64,000 nt of DNA from Spirochaetales bacterium (GCA_050178795.1 JBFXFT010000005.1:2612-66611), one strand, 5' to 3'. Shown: positions 45,671-55,375, numbered from the stretch's first letter. Program-made: numbers and translations. Notes: generated from the letters alone by a model not told the origin.

Positions 45671-46774
45671 ATGGATAATTTAACAATTCTAAACCAAACT
45701 ATTGAGTTTATTGAAAACACCCATCCAAACCCATATACTAAAATAAATAAGGAAGAGTTTTACAAAAACAAAGACGCGCTAGCAAAAGTTGCAAACAATT
45801 TGAGCGCCGCCAAATTTGACTTTGAAATAAAAAAATTAATCACTTTAATTGAAGACCCTCATACAGACTATTTGCTATCTAAAAGAGGTGAGGAGTTAAA
45901 CGCTAAGTTTATTGAAATAAATGGCAAGTACTATATGCTTGATTACGATAATACTGCGGAAAGATATTGTGAAATTTTAAAAATTAATAGTTATGATGTT
46001 AACTATGTAATAGATAAAATAAAACAAATAATTCCGACTGACTCTGATCAATGGTTAAAATTTCAAACGGCACTATATTTAAAAAACCTATACACTTATA
46101 AAATGGTTGGAGTTGCAAAAGAGACTGATTCAACGCTAATATTTGAAGTTAAAAACCCCAATATTATAAAAACAGTCAATATAGGGCTTTTAAAACCTAG
46201 GGACAAAACAGATAGTAGCAATGTATATAAAAGCACAAATTATTCGTTTTCCATAATGGATGACGGCGTTCTATACATAAAATATTTCATTTGTAGAGAT
46301 GATGAAAAATACCCTTTGAAAACCATGGTAGAGGAAATAAAGAAACAAAACAAAAACGGCAACTTTATTGTTGATTTAAGAGGAAATACTGGTGGCAATT
46401 CAGAAATTATGAAACCACTGCTTGCTTACTTAAAAGAAAACAATATGACTGGTGCGGCTTTAATAGATAGAGGCGTTTTCTCCTCAGGAATTTTTTCAGT
46501 ACGTGATTTAAAAAATGAACTCAATGCAACAATAATAGGTGAGCCTACTGGAGGGTTAGCAGGACAACATTTTGGAAACGTGAAAAACTTGTGTTTAGAT
46601 GACAAGAAAATAATTTGCTCAACAAAGCTCTTTAAGTTTAAAGACCTGTTTGATTATGAGGGACCAGTAAGACCAGATATTTTGATTGAAAAAACAATAA
46701 AGGATTATAACAACAATTTAGACCCTCAACTAGATGCCGCAATAAAATTTTTAAGTAAAGAAAAGGAATTATAA
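45671..46774 (+). CDS. Peptidase S41-like protein
   Basis: DLRGNTGGNSEIM and downstream FSSGIF blocks fit the S41 (Ser/Lys dyad) pattern; the only plus-strand gene inside the minus-strand origin-proximal run. Confidence 0.5.
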   Translation: MDNLTILNQTIEFIENTHPNPYTKINKEEFYKNKDALAKVANNLSAAKFDFEIKKLITLIEDPHTDYLLSKRGEELNAKFIEINGKYYMLDYDNTAERYCEILKINSYDVNYVIDKIKQIIPTDSDQWLKFQTALYLKNLYTYKMVGVAKETDSTLIFEVKNPNIIKTVNIGLLKPRDKTDSSNVYKSTNYSFSIMDDGVLYIKYFICRDDEKYPLKTMVEEIKKQNKNGNFIVDLRGNTGGNSEIMKPLLAYLKENNMTGAALIDRGVFSSGIFSVRDLKNELNATIIGEPTGGLAGQHFGNVKNLCLDDKKIICSTKLFKFKDLFDYEGPVRPDILIEKTIKDYNNNLDPQLDAAIKFLSKEKEL

Positions 46775-46839
46775 ATACAGTAATTTGTTTAATAAAAAAA
46801 CCGAGTTTAATCGCTCGGTTTTTGTTTTTTATTTGTTAA

Positions 46840-47649
46840 TTATTTTTTAGGTTCAATAATTAAATATCTGTGAGGCTCCTCGCCTTTTGAGTAAGTTTTT
46901 ACAGGTTCATCTGCTAGCGCTGTATGAATAATTAGTCTTTCATAAGCGTTCATTGGCTCTAACCTTTGATATTTGCCAGTTCTAATTACCTTGTTTGCAA
47001 GTCTCTTTGCTAGGTTGATTAATGCCTCTTCACGTTTTTCTTTATAACCTTCAATATTTACTACTACACGTTTGTTTTGTCCGTGTTCTTGTGTAGAGTT
47101 TTCTACAACATTTGCTAAGTATTGAATAGCGTTAAGTCCTTCTCCACGGTAACCAATTAGGTTGCCTGCGTTTTGTCCTTCCATCTCTATTGATATATCT
47201 TCATCTTTGTAAGACGCTTTTATTTCAATATCTGCATTTAATTGTTTTGCTAGGTTTTTAACAAACAAAATGGCTGCTCTACTATCTAAATTCTTATCTG
47301 AAACAACTTGTTTTTTTGTTTCCTTTTTCTCTTCTTTCTTTTCTTCTTTAACTTCTTTTTTCTCTTGTTTTTCGGCTTGTTTTTCTATTTTTTTAACTGG
47401 TTTTGGTTGTTGTGGTTTTTCTTCCTTAACCTCTGGCTTAACCTCTTTTTTAGGCTCTGGTTTAACCTCTGCAACAACTGGTTTTACTTCTTCAACCTCG
47501 TCTGTTATTATTAAAATTTTAGCCTTAGAAAACAGTCCGCCCTCGTTAAGTATTTTAATGTCTACATCTTCTTGCTTTCTGTTTAATTCCTTTAAACCTT
47601 TACTTATTGCGTCTTGAACGTTTCTGCTTGAAAATTCGTACTCTTTCAT
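46840..47649 (-). CDS. jag: Jag/KhpB RNA-binding protein (Jag-N, Lys/Glu-rich linker, KH, R3H)
   Basis: N-terminal EFSSRNVQDAISKGLKEL, KH-like GNLIGYRGEGLNAIQYL, R3H-like LEPMNAYERLIIHTAL; position downstream of yidC. Confidence 0.85.
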   Translation of the reverse strand: MKEYEFSSRNVQDAISKGLKELNRKQEDVDIKILNEGGLFSKAKILIITDEVEEVKPVVAEVKPEPKKEVKPEVKEEKPQQPKPVKKIEKQAEKQEKKEVKEEKKEEKKETKKQVVSDKNLDSRAAILFVKNLAKQLNADIEIKASYKDEDISIEMEGQNAGNLIGYRGEGLNAIQYLANVVENSTQEHGQNKRVVVNIEGYKEKREEALINLAKRLANKVIRTGKYQRLEPMNAYERLIIHTALADEPVKTYSKGEEPHRYLIIEPKK

Positions 47650-47664
47650 ATTCTATCCTCCAAA

Positions 47665-48687
47665 TTATCTACTATATTCTGGTTTTTCTTTTTCTATCTT
47701 TTTCTTTTCAAGTTTGTTTATTATAGAATAAGAAACAACTGAAGTAAGCATTGTCATACCAGAGTTGACAACGATGTAAACCGCGAATGCGGCACTATAT
47801 TGAATTGTGAAAAGCACCATTAGGGCAGGTAATAAGAATAACATAATTTGTGAACTCTTTTGCGTTGGTGTTTCCTCATCAAATTTTGTGTTTTTAGGTT
47901 TTGTATAGTTGGTAAGTATTTTTTGTGATAAATAAGTTATAAGGGCAGATAAAACAATTAAAATGTATAGACCATTCCAGCCACTATATTCGTTTTGTAG
48001 CGCTGACATAACCTCGTTATATTGTTCCTCTGTTGGTGCAGTCTCTGAATTTTGTTGCGCTGTTAAACTTAAGAAGTTATCATAACTTGGAATTACCGAA
48101 GCGTTTGTATCTGGCATCCAAATATTGTTTACCCACAAGAATCCTTCTTTTACATTTTCATATTCTGCTATAACTGCACTTTGTCCTGCCGCTGTCGCTA
48201 AAAGTTCGTCTGCACTTAAAGTGTATTCTGCTTGATAAGCATCATTGTATGCTGTTGAAAGCGTATCATATTGATTTATTAATTTATATTCACTTATGTT
48301 TCTCATCGCTGTAAACAAAGTAATAAATATAAATAAGGTTATAACCAAATTTAGAAGCATACCAAGACAACTACCCATAATATTGTAGTTTTCCTTTTTG
48401 TATAACTCCATAGTTTTTTGATTCAACTTGTTTTTGTCGTTACCATATTTTTTTTGTAATTTTTCAAGTGCTGGTTGCACTTTTGCTTGTTTTTCTGTAT
48501 TGTCTTTTGTTATTTTTCTTTGCATAAAATCAAGCGGACTAAGAAGTAGTTTTAAAATGATTGTAAAAACAATTATGGCAATGCCATAATCTCCAACAAA
48601 ATCTACTACATAGCCTATTAGTGTTTGCCAAACGCCTGGTGGCATATCGGCAAGCATCAAGTGAGATAATAAACTCATAATACCCAT
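47665..48687 (-). CDS. yidC: Membrane protein insertase YidC/OxaA family
   Basis: Polytopic; IIVFTIILKLLLSPL, KLQKKYGNDK..LNQKTMELYKKENYN and C-terminal basic tail as in Gram-positive YidC; overlaps the yidD stop by 13 nt. Confidence 0.85.
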   Translation of the reverse strand: MGIMSLLSHLMLADMPPGVWQTLIGYVVDFVGDYGIAIIVFTIILKLLLSPLDFMQRKITKDNTEKQAKVQPALEKLQKKYGNDKNKLNQKTMELYKKENYNIMGSCLGMLLNLVITLFIFITLFTAMRNISEYKLINQYDTLSTAYNDAYQAEYTLSADELLATAAGQSAVIAEYENVKEGFLWVNNIWMPDTNASVIPSYDNFLSLTAQQNSETAPTEEQYNEVMSALQNEYSGWNGLYILIVLSALITYLSQKILTNYTKPKNTKFDEETPTQKSSQIMLFLLPALMVLFTIQYSAAFAVYIVVNSGMTMLTSVVSYSIINKLEKKKIEKEKPEYSR

Positions 48688-48953
48688 TTTGCGTCTCCTT
48701 TTATATTATCTGGCACGGGGTCAAACCCACCTTTTGCCATTGGGTTGCAACTTATAATTCTTTTTGCAGATAAAAAACTCCCTTTAATCGGCCCAAATCT
48801 TTTAATTGCCTCCAAACTGTATGTGCTACAAGTTGGAGTGTATATACAAGATTTTGGAAGAATAGGGGAGATAAAAATCTTATAAAAATAAATTAGTCCT
48901 ATTAACAATAATTTTATTGGATATAAAAGTATTTTAACTATTTTTTGAATCAT
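48675..48953 (-). CDS. yidD: Membrane protein insertion efficiency factor YidD
   Basis: CIYTPTCSTYSLEAIKRFGPIKGSFLSAKRIISCNP matches the YidD signature; overlaps rnpA by 20 nt. Confidence 0.85.
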   Translation of the reverse strand: MIQKIVKILLYPIKLLLIGLIYFYKIFISPILPKSCIYTPTCSTYSLEAIKRFGPIKGSFLSAKRIISCNPMAKGGFDPVPDNIKGDAKWVL

Positions 48954-49299
48954 CTGTTTCCTCTGTCATTAAATTTGTTTTTGTTAAACAATATTTAACA
49001 GCATCTACAATTTCTAAATAAGTTGCATTTTCTATACCGGCTCTTGCAACCAAAATGTAATTATATTTTGGATTAACATTTTCTTTATAGGTTTTGAACG
49101 CTTCTCTCAGTCTTCTCTTCGCCTTGTTTCGTGTTACCGCGTTCCCAATTTTTTTGCTTACCGAAAAACCTACTTTAAAACTTTGTAATTTTGTTGGTAA
49201 ATAAGTCAAAATAACTAACTTGCTTACAAAACTTTTGCCGTTTTTAAAAATGTAACCAAACTCTTTTCTTTTTTGCAATCGGTATTTTTTTTCTAACAT
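48934..49299 (-). CDS. rnpA: Ribonuclease P protein component
   Basis: KKYRLQKRKEF start, VSKKIGNAVTRNKAKRRLRE RNR motif. Confidence 0.9.
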   Translation of the reverse strand: MLEKKYRLQKRKEFGYIFKNGKSFVSKLVILTYLPTKLQSFKVGFSVSKKIGNAVTRNKAKRRLREAFKTYKENVNPKYNYILVARAGIENATYLEIVDAVKYCLTKTNLMTEETDDSKNS

Positions 49300-49323
49300 T
49301 TTTTTAACCTCTTTTTAAGGTAA

Positions 49324-49461
49324 TTAAACAGTTAAACTTGCTCTGCCTCTTCTTCTGCGCCTAGAAAGTACTTTTCTACCATTGGCTGTTTGCATTCTTT
49401 GCCTAAAACCATGAACTTTTTTTCTGCTTCCTTTCTTTGGTTGGTAGGTTCTCTTTGTCAT
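49324..49461 (-). CDS. rpmH: 50S ribosomal protein L34 (below ORF-track size cut-off)
   Basis: Hand translation gives [45 protein letters not shown], then a stop. Confidence 0.95.
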   Translation of the reverse strand: MTKRTYQPKKGSRKKVHGFRQRMQTANGRKVLSRRRRRGRASLTV

Positions 49462-49525
49462 GTCAATAACTCCTTTTGTTTTTTATGTATAAACTGCTTT
49501 TACGCACTTTTTTACGGTATGGCTT

Positions 49526-49554
49526 ATTATAGATAAATTGTCAAAAGTTGTCAA
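49526..49554 (-). promoter_or_regulatory. Consensus promoter of rpmH-rnpA operon (TTGACA - 17 nt - TATAAT)
   Basis: Minus strand reads TTGACA acttttgacaatttatc TATAAT. Confidence 0.65.
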
Positions 49555-49648
49555 CCTAAAATAGATATATTAATATCTGTACAGCAAAAATAGTTCTATT
49601 AGCGCTGTTTTTGTGTTAAAATTAAGTATGAAATATAAAGAGGTTTTT

Positions 49649-50107
49649 ATGAAAGTAAATTATTCAGACCAAAAAATAGAGTTTAATAAAAAGAGCATAT
49701 TTTTGGCAGGACCAACGCCAAGAAAAAAAGAAGTTAAAAGCTGGAGACCAAAGGCGCTTGAAATTTTAGAAAAATTAAATTTTGACGGTTTAGTATATGT
49801 GCCAGAGCATAAAACGGAAGTAAAATATGATTATTTAGATCAAGTAGAGTGGGAAAGAGATGGGCTTAAAAATGCCAAAATAATTGTGTTTTGGGTAGAA
49901 AGAGAACTAGTTGATATGCCTGCTTTTACAACAAATATAGAGTTTGGTTTCTTTTTAGCAAAAACGCCAGAAAAAGTACTTTACGCTAGACCAGATGACG
50001 CTCCAAAAAATGCTTATTTGGATTGGCTTTATGGTAAAGAGAGAGGCAAAAAACCTTTCAATAGTTTAGAAGATGTTTTAAAGGAAGCCGTTAAATTATT
50101 AAAATAA
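49649..50107 (+). CDS. Nucleoside 2-deoxyribosyltransferase-like protein (start moved to ATG 49649 behind AAAGAGG)
   Basis: SIFLAGPTPR....WR..A...L....F.G.VYVPE ... QVEWE ... IIVFW ... TTNIEFG fits my recollection of the Nuc_deoxyri_tr2-type family. Confidence 0.45.
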   Translation: MKVNYSDQKIEFNKKSIFLAGPTPRKKEVKSWRPKALEILEKLNFDGLVYVPEHKTEVKYDYLDQVEWERDGLKNAKIIVFWVERELVDMPAFTTNIEFGFFLAKTPEKVLYARPDDAPKNAYLDWLYGKERGKKPFNSLEDVLKEAVKLLK

Positions 50108-50134
50108 AAAAAGACACCCCGAAGGGTGTTTTTT
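50105..50134. terminator. Bidirectional terminator between the ndt-like gene and dnaN
   Basis: aaaaaag ACACCC cgaa GGGTGT tttttt. Confidence 0.75.
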
Positions 50135-50139
50135 AATGT

Positions 50140-51243
50140 TTAGTATAGTTGTTTTAAAGGCAGAATTAAGAATAAATATTCGTTGCCTTCATTTGGTTTA
50201 ATTACACATGGGTTAATGCTTGTTGTAAAACATAGTTTTAAAAACTCGTCGTCCGTTACTCTTAAAGCTTCTTTATAGAACCTTGCATCAAAACTTATTT
50301 GTAGGTCTTGACCTTCAAGTGCTATTGTTATGTTTTCTTCAACATTGCCAATTTCGCTCCTTGCTTCAAGTGTCAATAAATTGTCTTTAATGTTAAATTT
50401 AACGGAGTTGTCACTGCTTACCCTCGCAAGTATGCTCGCCCTTTCAAGTGCTTCTTCTAGTTGGAACCTGTTTATTGTAACAATTGAACTAAATTGGGTT
50501 GGCAAAATTTGTTTGTAGTTAATAAAGTCGCCATCAAGTAGCCTTGTTATTATTTTTGTCGTGTCAATTTCTAGCATTAAATAGTTCTTTTGTAAATAAA
50601 CTTTTACGCTTTGTTCGCTGTCCTCTAAAAGTTTACTCATTTCATTCAAACTTCTTCCTGGAACAATTATGCTGGTTTTTGCGGTCGTCTTTTTAATTGG
50701 TTTTTGTGCTAACGCTAGTCTATATCCGTCTAGCGCTACGCTTGTCAATCTGTTTTCTGCAATTTCAAACAAACAGCCTTTCAAAACTGGTCTTGTGTCC
50801 TCTAGACTTACGCTGAATATTGTTTTATTTATTATGTCCTTTAGTTCTTTTTGCTCTATTTCAAAATATTCACCGCTGTCAATTTTTTGAACGTTAGGAA
50901 ACTCTAAAACATTCATGCACGCAATAAAAACTTCACTGTCGGTATACTTTATTTTTAGTTGATTGTGCTCGTTTAAAGTTAGTTCAATTTGCTCGTTTGT
51001 AAGCCTTCTAACATATTCGCTAAAAAACTTACCAGGAACAACTGTTTCACCTTCAATTTTAACATCGGCAATAATTCTTTTTTCTATTGCTAGTTCGCCA
51101 TCGGTCGCCACCAAAATTAATTGATTGTCCTCTGCTGTTATTTTTATTCCCTCTAATATTGGATTAGTTGTTCTATTACTTGCTGCTTTAATTACTTTTA
51201 ATACTGCCTCTGATAAATCTAATCCTTGACAAAAAACTCTCAT
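50140..51243 (-). CDS. dnaN: DNA polymerase III beta sliding clamp
   Basis: 367 aa; N-terminal NPILEGIKI, ATDGELAIE; position downstream of dnaA. Confidence 0.95.
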   Translation of the reverse strand: MRVFCQGLDLSEAVLKVIKAASNRTTNPILEGIKITAEDNQLILVATDGELAIEKRIIADVKIEGETVVPGKFFSEYVRRLTNEQIELTLNEHNQLKIKYTDSEVFIACMNVLEFPNVQKIDSGEYFEIEQKELKDIINKTIFSVSLEDTRPVLKGCLFEIAENRLTSVALDGYRLALAQKPIKKTTAKTSIIVPGRSLNEMSKLLEDSEQSVKVYLQKNYLMLEIDTTKIITRLLDGDFINYKQILPTQFSSIVTINRFQLEEALERASILARVSSDNSVKFNIKDNLLTLEARSEIGNVEENITIALEGQDLQISFDARFYKEALRVTDDEFLKLCFTTSINPCVIKPNEGNEYLFLILPLKQLY

Positions 51244-51448
51244 TTTCGCCCCTTCCTTTGTTAATATATTTTTATATTTAAATAATAATCATAATAATAA
51301 AGACTGTATAATTGTTTATAACTTACCTTAACCACAACATATAGTTTTAGACCGTCAAATTTTACGCGACTTACTTTACAACATATTGAGTTTTTGAATG
51401 TGGATAACCTTGTGTATAATTTTAAAAAGTTATCAACAAACTAACAAT
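51244..51448. other. oriC: Candidate oriC element (dnaA-dnaN intergenic: DnaA-box cluster plus AT-rich unwinding region)
   Basis: Boxes at 51399-51407 TGTGGATAA (perfect), 51411-51419 TGTGTATAA, 51430-51438 TTATCAACA and 51328-51336 TTAACCACA (1 mismatch each); nearly pure A/T 51261-51300, including TAA TAA TCA TAA TAA TAA at 51283-51300. Confidence 0.6.
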
Positions 51449-52795
51449 TTACTTTTTTAGTACCATGTTTTTAATATCTTCAACCACAATTTTTAGTCTA
51501 GTATCGCTCTTTAGTTTTTCTGCAATTTTATCCCTTGAATGAATTACCGTTGTGTGGTCTCTTCCGTTAAATATTTTACCTATTGATGCAAGTGGTAAGT
51601 CCATAAGTTCAGTAATTATATAAGTTGCAACTTGCCTTGGCTCAACGACCTCTTTTTTCTTGCTTTTTCCTATTAGGTCGTCTGTTGTTACGTTATAGTA
51701 TTTGCAAACCTTTTCCAAAATGTTTTCAGGTGTTATTGTTTGAAGGTCGGTCTCTAAAATGTTTTTTAAAGCCTCTTTTGCGTCTAGCATTGTAGCATTC
51801 ATCTTACCTGTTAAGTTAGCGTAGAAGTATGTTTTTTGTAAAGCACCTTCCATTTCTCTTATGTTGGTGTCTACTTTTTCTGCTAAGAAGTTTATGACAT
51901 CGTCATCTACACTGTAGCGCTCTTCTTGCGCTTTCTTTTTTAAAATAGCGACCCTTGTTTCAAAGTCTGGTTTTTGAATGTCTTGTATTAGACCCATTGC
52001 AAAACGGCTTCTCAACCTATCGCTAAGTGTAGCAATTTCCCTAGGGTGGCGGTCACTAGCAATTATTACTTGCTTGTTGTTTTGGTATAGGTCGTTAAAT
52101 GTGTGGAAGAATTGCTCTTGCGTTTCAATTTTACTTGCGATGAATTGAATATCATCAATCATTAAAACATCAAGATTCCTATACTTTTCCCTAAATGTAA
52201 TAAGGCTTTTTTCTTTTTTATTGCTGCCAAGAGTGTCAATATAGTCGTTTGTAAATTGCTCGCAAGTTACATACAGAACCTTTAACTCTGGTTGGTGCTC
52301 TTCTAAATAGTTTCCTATTGCGTGAAGTAAGTGCGTTTTACCAAGACCTACGCCACCATAAACAAATAGGGGATTATATTTACTGCTTGGGTTTTCGGCA
52401 ACCGAACGGCTTGCCGCATATACAAATTGATTAGAATTGCCTACGACAAAACTGTCAAAGGTATATTTTTTATTAAAGTTACAAAGAGGTTTATTTTGCT
52501 TTTCAACAACTTCTTCCTTGGTGTTTCTTAAAACATACTCCTCTTTTTCCTTTGGAGAAAGTATTTCAAACCCCTCAACGTCGCTAAAAACCTCTTTAAT
52601 GGCAAGTCTTAGTGCCGTAGAGTGATTTTTTAAGCATTGATTTTTTGCAGTTTCGGAACTAGAAACCAAAACTAGCTGATTGTTTTTTATTTCAAGTGGT
52701 TCTAATGTCTTAATCCACAAGTCAAAACTAACAGCAGTTACTTCTCTTTCCAAAATATTTAAAACTTTGAGCCATAACTCTTTTTCTTGTTGCAT
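51449..52795 (-). CDS. dnaA: Chromosomal replication initiator DnaA
   Basis: GGVGLGKTHLLHA, IDDIQF, box VII/VIII, C-terminal DNA-binding DHTTVIHS. Confidence 0.97.
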   Translation of the reverse strand: MQQEKELWLKVLNILEREVTAVSFDLWIKTLEPLEIKNNQLVLVSSSETAKNQCLKNHSTALRLAIKEVFSDVEGFEILSPKEKEEYVLRNTKEEVVEKQNKPLCNFNKKYTFDSFVVGNSNQFVYAASRSVAENPSSKYNPLFVYGGVGLGKTHLLHAIGNYLEEHQPELKVLYVTCEQFTNDYIDTLGSNKKEKSLITFREKYRNLDVLMIDDIQFIASKIETQEQFFHTFNDLYQNNKQVIIASDRHPREIATLSDRLRSRFAMGLIQDIQKPDFETRVAILKKKAQEERYSVDDDVINFLAEKVDTNIREMEGALQKTYFYANLTGKMNATMLDAKEALKNILETDLQTITPENILEKVCKYYNVTTDDLIGKSKKKEVVEPRQVATYIITELMDLPLASIGKIFNGRDHTTVIHSRDKIAEKLKSDTRLKIVVEDIKNMVLKK

Positions 52796-52828
52796 AGTGC
52801 CCTTGCCTTTTAATTTATCATCATTTTT

Positions 52829-52857
52829 ATTTTACTAAAATAAGTACTCATTGTCAA
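52829..52857 (-). promoter_or_regulatory. dnaA promoter (TTGACA - 17 nt - TAAAAT)
   Basis: Minus strand reads TTGACA atgagtacttattttag TAAAAT. Confidence 0.55.
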
Positions 52858-52974
52858 TTAATGTAAACAAATAATAACACATAAACGCCCAACTTAAAAC
52901 CAAATTATAGGTTTTTATGTTTACTTTTTAAACAAAAATTTGTTATACTAAAAAAGTACAAAAGAGAGATTTGC

Positions 52975-54057
52975 ATGAAGATAACAAAAATAAAATTAAT
53001 CAACTTTAGAAACTATAAAAACCAAACAGTAGAGTTTAAAGATGGCACAAATGTTTTAATTGGAGACAACGCCCAAGGCAAAACCAATTTAATAGAGGCC
53101 ATATATTTTTCATGCATAGGTAAGAGCGCAAGGACAAAAAAAGAGAACGAACTAATAAATTGGGATAGCGAAAACGCCAAAATAGAAATTGACTTACTTA
53201 AAAAAGAAGGCTCAAAAAAAATTGAGGTCTACTTAAATAAAAAGGACAAAAAAACAATTAAAATAAACGGCATAAACATATTAAAAATTGCTGACCTCAT
53301 CGGTACATTAAACTGTGTTTTTTTCTCTCCTGACGAATTAAAATTAATAAAAGAAACGCCAAACGAAAGGCGCAAATTTATGGATATTGACCTAAGCCAG
53401 TTGAGCAAAAACTATTTTTATTACATAAACACCTATAATAAAGTTTTAATGAATAGAAACAAACTTTTAAAAGATACGAAAGATTTTAATGTTTTAAAAC
53501 AAACCATAAGCATTTGGGACACCCAATTAGTTGACTATGGTGCAAAAATAATAATAAGGCGCATACGCTTTTTAAACGCACTAAAAGTGTTTGCAAAAAA
53601 AATGCACTCTGAACTTACAAGCGGATTAGAAAATTTGGAGTTAGAGTATGTCGGCGTAGTCGCAGAAGACGAGCAAAAAATAAAAGACAAATTAAAAAAA
53701 GAGTACGAGACCTCTTTAGAAAAAGACTTCAATTTAGGCTTTACGAGCGTTGGACCACATAGGGACGATATTAAAATAATAATAAACGATAAAGACATTC
53801 GCTCATTTGGCTCGCAAGGTCAACAAAGGACGGTTGCGCTTAGTTTAAAACTAGCCGAACTTGAAATTTTTGCTTCAGAGAGGGGCGAATACCCAATTTT
53901 ACTTTTAGACGATGTTTTAAGTGAATTAGATGATGATAGAAAACAAAAACTTTTAGAAAAAACTTTAAATATACAGACAATAATTACAGGAACAAATTTT
54001 GACTACAAGATGCACGCAAATTTGTTAAAGGTAAAAAACGGCATAATATCAAAATAG
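52975..54057 (+). CDS. recF: DNA replication/repair protein RecF
   Basis: IGDNAQGKTNLIEA Walker A, FGSQGQQRT signature, LLLDDV Walker B. Confidence 0.93.
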   Translation: MKITKIKLINFRNYKNQTVEFKDGTNVLIGDNAQGKTNLIEAIYFSCIGKSARTKKENELINWDSENAKIEIDLLKKEGSKKIEVYLNKKDKKTIKINGINILKIADLIGTLNCVFFSPDELKLIKETPNERRKFMDIDLSQLSKNYFYYINTYNKVLMNRNKLLKDTKDFNVLKQTISIWDTQLVDYGAKIIIRRIRFLNALKVFAKKMHSELTSGLENLELEYVGVVAEDEQKIKDKLKKEYETSLEKDFNLGFTSVGPHRDDIKIIINDKDIRSFGSQGQQRTVALSLKLAELEIFASERGEYPILLLDDVLSELDDDRKQKLLEKTLNIQTIITGTNFDYKMHANLLKVKNGIISK

Positions 54058-54066
54058 GGGGCAAGT

Positions 54067-55026
54067 ATGCAAATTGCTTTATTAAACACTAGCAAAAACT
54101 ATAAACAGCACTATTTGGAGTTTAACCACTCAATTTATAGTGTGCCTTTTGTTTTAAATAAGTTTAAAAATTATGCGGACGAAATAAGCGCCTTTTTAAG
54201 CATAGCGACACCATTTGGCGAAAAAATTAATCCTTATAAATATCCAAAAACAAAAGATATGCAAATATTAATAGATATAGAATTACAAAAAATTTTTGCC
54301 GAGTTAAAAATTCAACCCATTCAAAATGTCAACGAGAACTTTAATACAACAAACACTTTAATAAATTATATTTTACTTAATTCAACCTTTAATATGATGG
54401 CTATTGAAGATAGGTTGCTTTCATTTAAAGGTAGTTTTGACGACCTAAAAGAACATCAAGAGATTGTAAACAAAGTTTATGACAGGCAACTATATGAAAA
54501 GGACAAAACATATAGGCGCGCAATGCTTGAACTACAAGCGTTAGAAAAGCACTTGCAAGACGAAAAGGTAAAAATGCTTTTTGATTTGCTGGTAAGAAAA
54601 CAGTCGGTAAACCAAGAGGATTCTTTTGGTTTAATGTATGTTTTAAAACAACTAGGCATAGAAAGTTTTAAATTAAATTTAGCAAATAAAAACGAAGATG
54701 ACGCAGAAAAAACCTATTCTTTATTGGCGGTGCTTTGCAAAAGAAAAGCAAATCAGCCAGCAAAATATTACCTATATGACACGACAGAATTTAGGTTTAA
54801 ACTAAAATCTGCAACCACAAAGCAAGTTTTAGACAATAAAATAGAATTAAGGCTTTTGGGGCAAAACGAATTAACAACAACTTTTTTAAACCATGAAATA
54901 GTCTCAATAGAGAATTTAGAAAAAACACTGTTGAGCGGAACAAGTGAATATTTAAAATTGTTTAAAGAAATAGAACAAACAGGACTAGATATAACCTATC
55001 AAACGCGTATAGAGGAGAAAATTTAA
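54067..55026 (+). CDS. Hypothetical protein (319 aa) translationally linked to recF
   Basis: Starts 9 nt after the recF stop behind a GGGGG RBS; no motif recognised. Confidence 0.55.
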   Translation: MQIALLNTSKNYKQHYLEFNHSIYSVPFVLNKFKNYADEISAFLSIATPFGEKINPYKYPKTKDMQILIDIELQKIFAELKIQPIQNVNENFNTTNTLINYILLNSTFNMMAIEDRLLSFKGSFDDLKEHQEIVNKVYDRQLYEKDKTYRRAMLELQALEKHLQDEKVKMLFDLLVRKQSVNQEDSFGLMYVLKQLGIESFKLNLANKNEDDAEKTYSLLAVLCKRKANQPAKYYLYDTTEFRFKLKSATTKQVLDNKIELRLLGQNELTTTFLNHEIVSIENLEKTLLSGTSEYLKLFKEIEQTGLDITYQTRIEEKI

Positions 55027-55027
55027 T

Positions 55028-55333
55028 ATGACAAAAGATGAAAGACTAAATATGTACGAAGAGGCAACAAAAAAATGGGGCTGGATAGCGCAAATAGACC
55101 AAGCCATTGAAGAGATGGCGGAACTTATGATTGCCTTAAATAAATATAAGCGAAATGTCGTATATAAAGAGGACACGGACAAAGCCCAAATAGACGAAAA
55201 TTTATACACCGAACTAGCAGACGTAAGTATGTGTTTAGAGCAATTAATAAATGTTTTTGGCGAGGACAAGGTAGAGGAAAAATTAAATATTCAACTTGCA
55301 AAATTTAGAAAACAAATAGACAAACAACAATAA
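55028..55333 (+). CDS. Small MazG-like all-alpha NTP pyrophosphohydrolase
   Basis: IDQAIEEMAELMIAL ... LYTELADVSMCLEQL = E..EE..EL plus E.aD metal-binding helices; ATG 1 nt after the preceding stop. Confidence 0.6.
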   Translation: MTKDERLNMYEEATKKWGWIAQIDQAIEEMAELMIALNKYKRNVVYKEDTDKAQIDENLYTELADVSMCLEQLINVFGEDKVEEKLNIQLAKFRKQIDKQQ

Positions 55334-55347
55334 ATTTTAGACAAATA

Positions 55348-55375
55348 TTGACAAATTTATATAAAGTGGTACAAT
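55348..55375 (+). promoter_or_regulatory. Promoter with extended -10 (TTGACA - 16 nt - TGgTACAAT)
   Basis: ttgaca aatttatataaagtgg tacaat read directly from the sequence. Confidence 0.5.

Noticed and set aside
47270-47617. Two plus-strand ORFs (115 and 68 aa) rich in Phe/Ser/Leu
   Set aside because: They are antisense to the Lys/Glu-rich (AAG/GAA) linker of jag. The low-complexity mirror image keeps frames open, so they are not genes.
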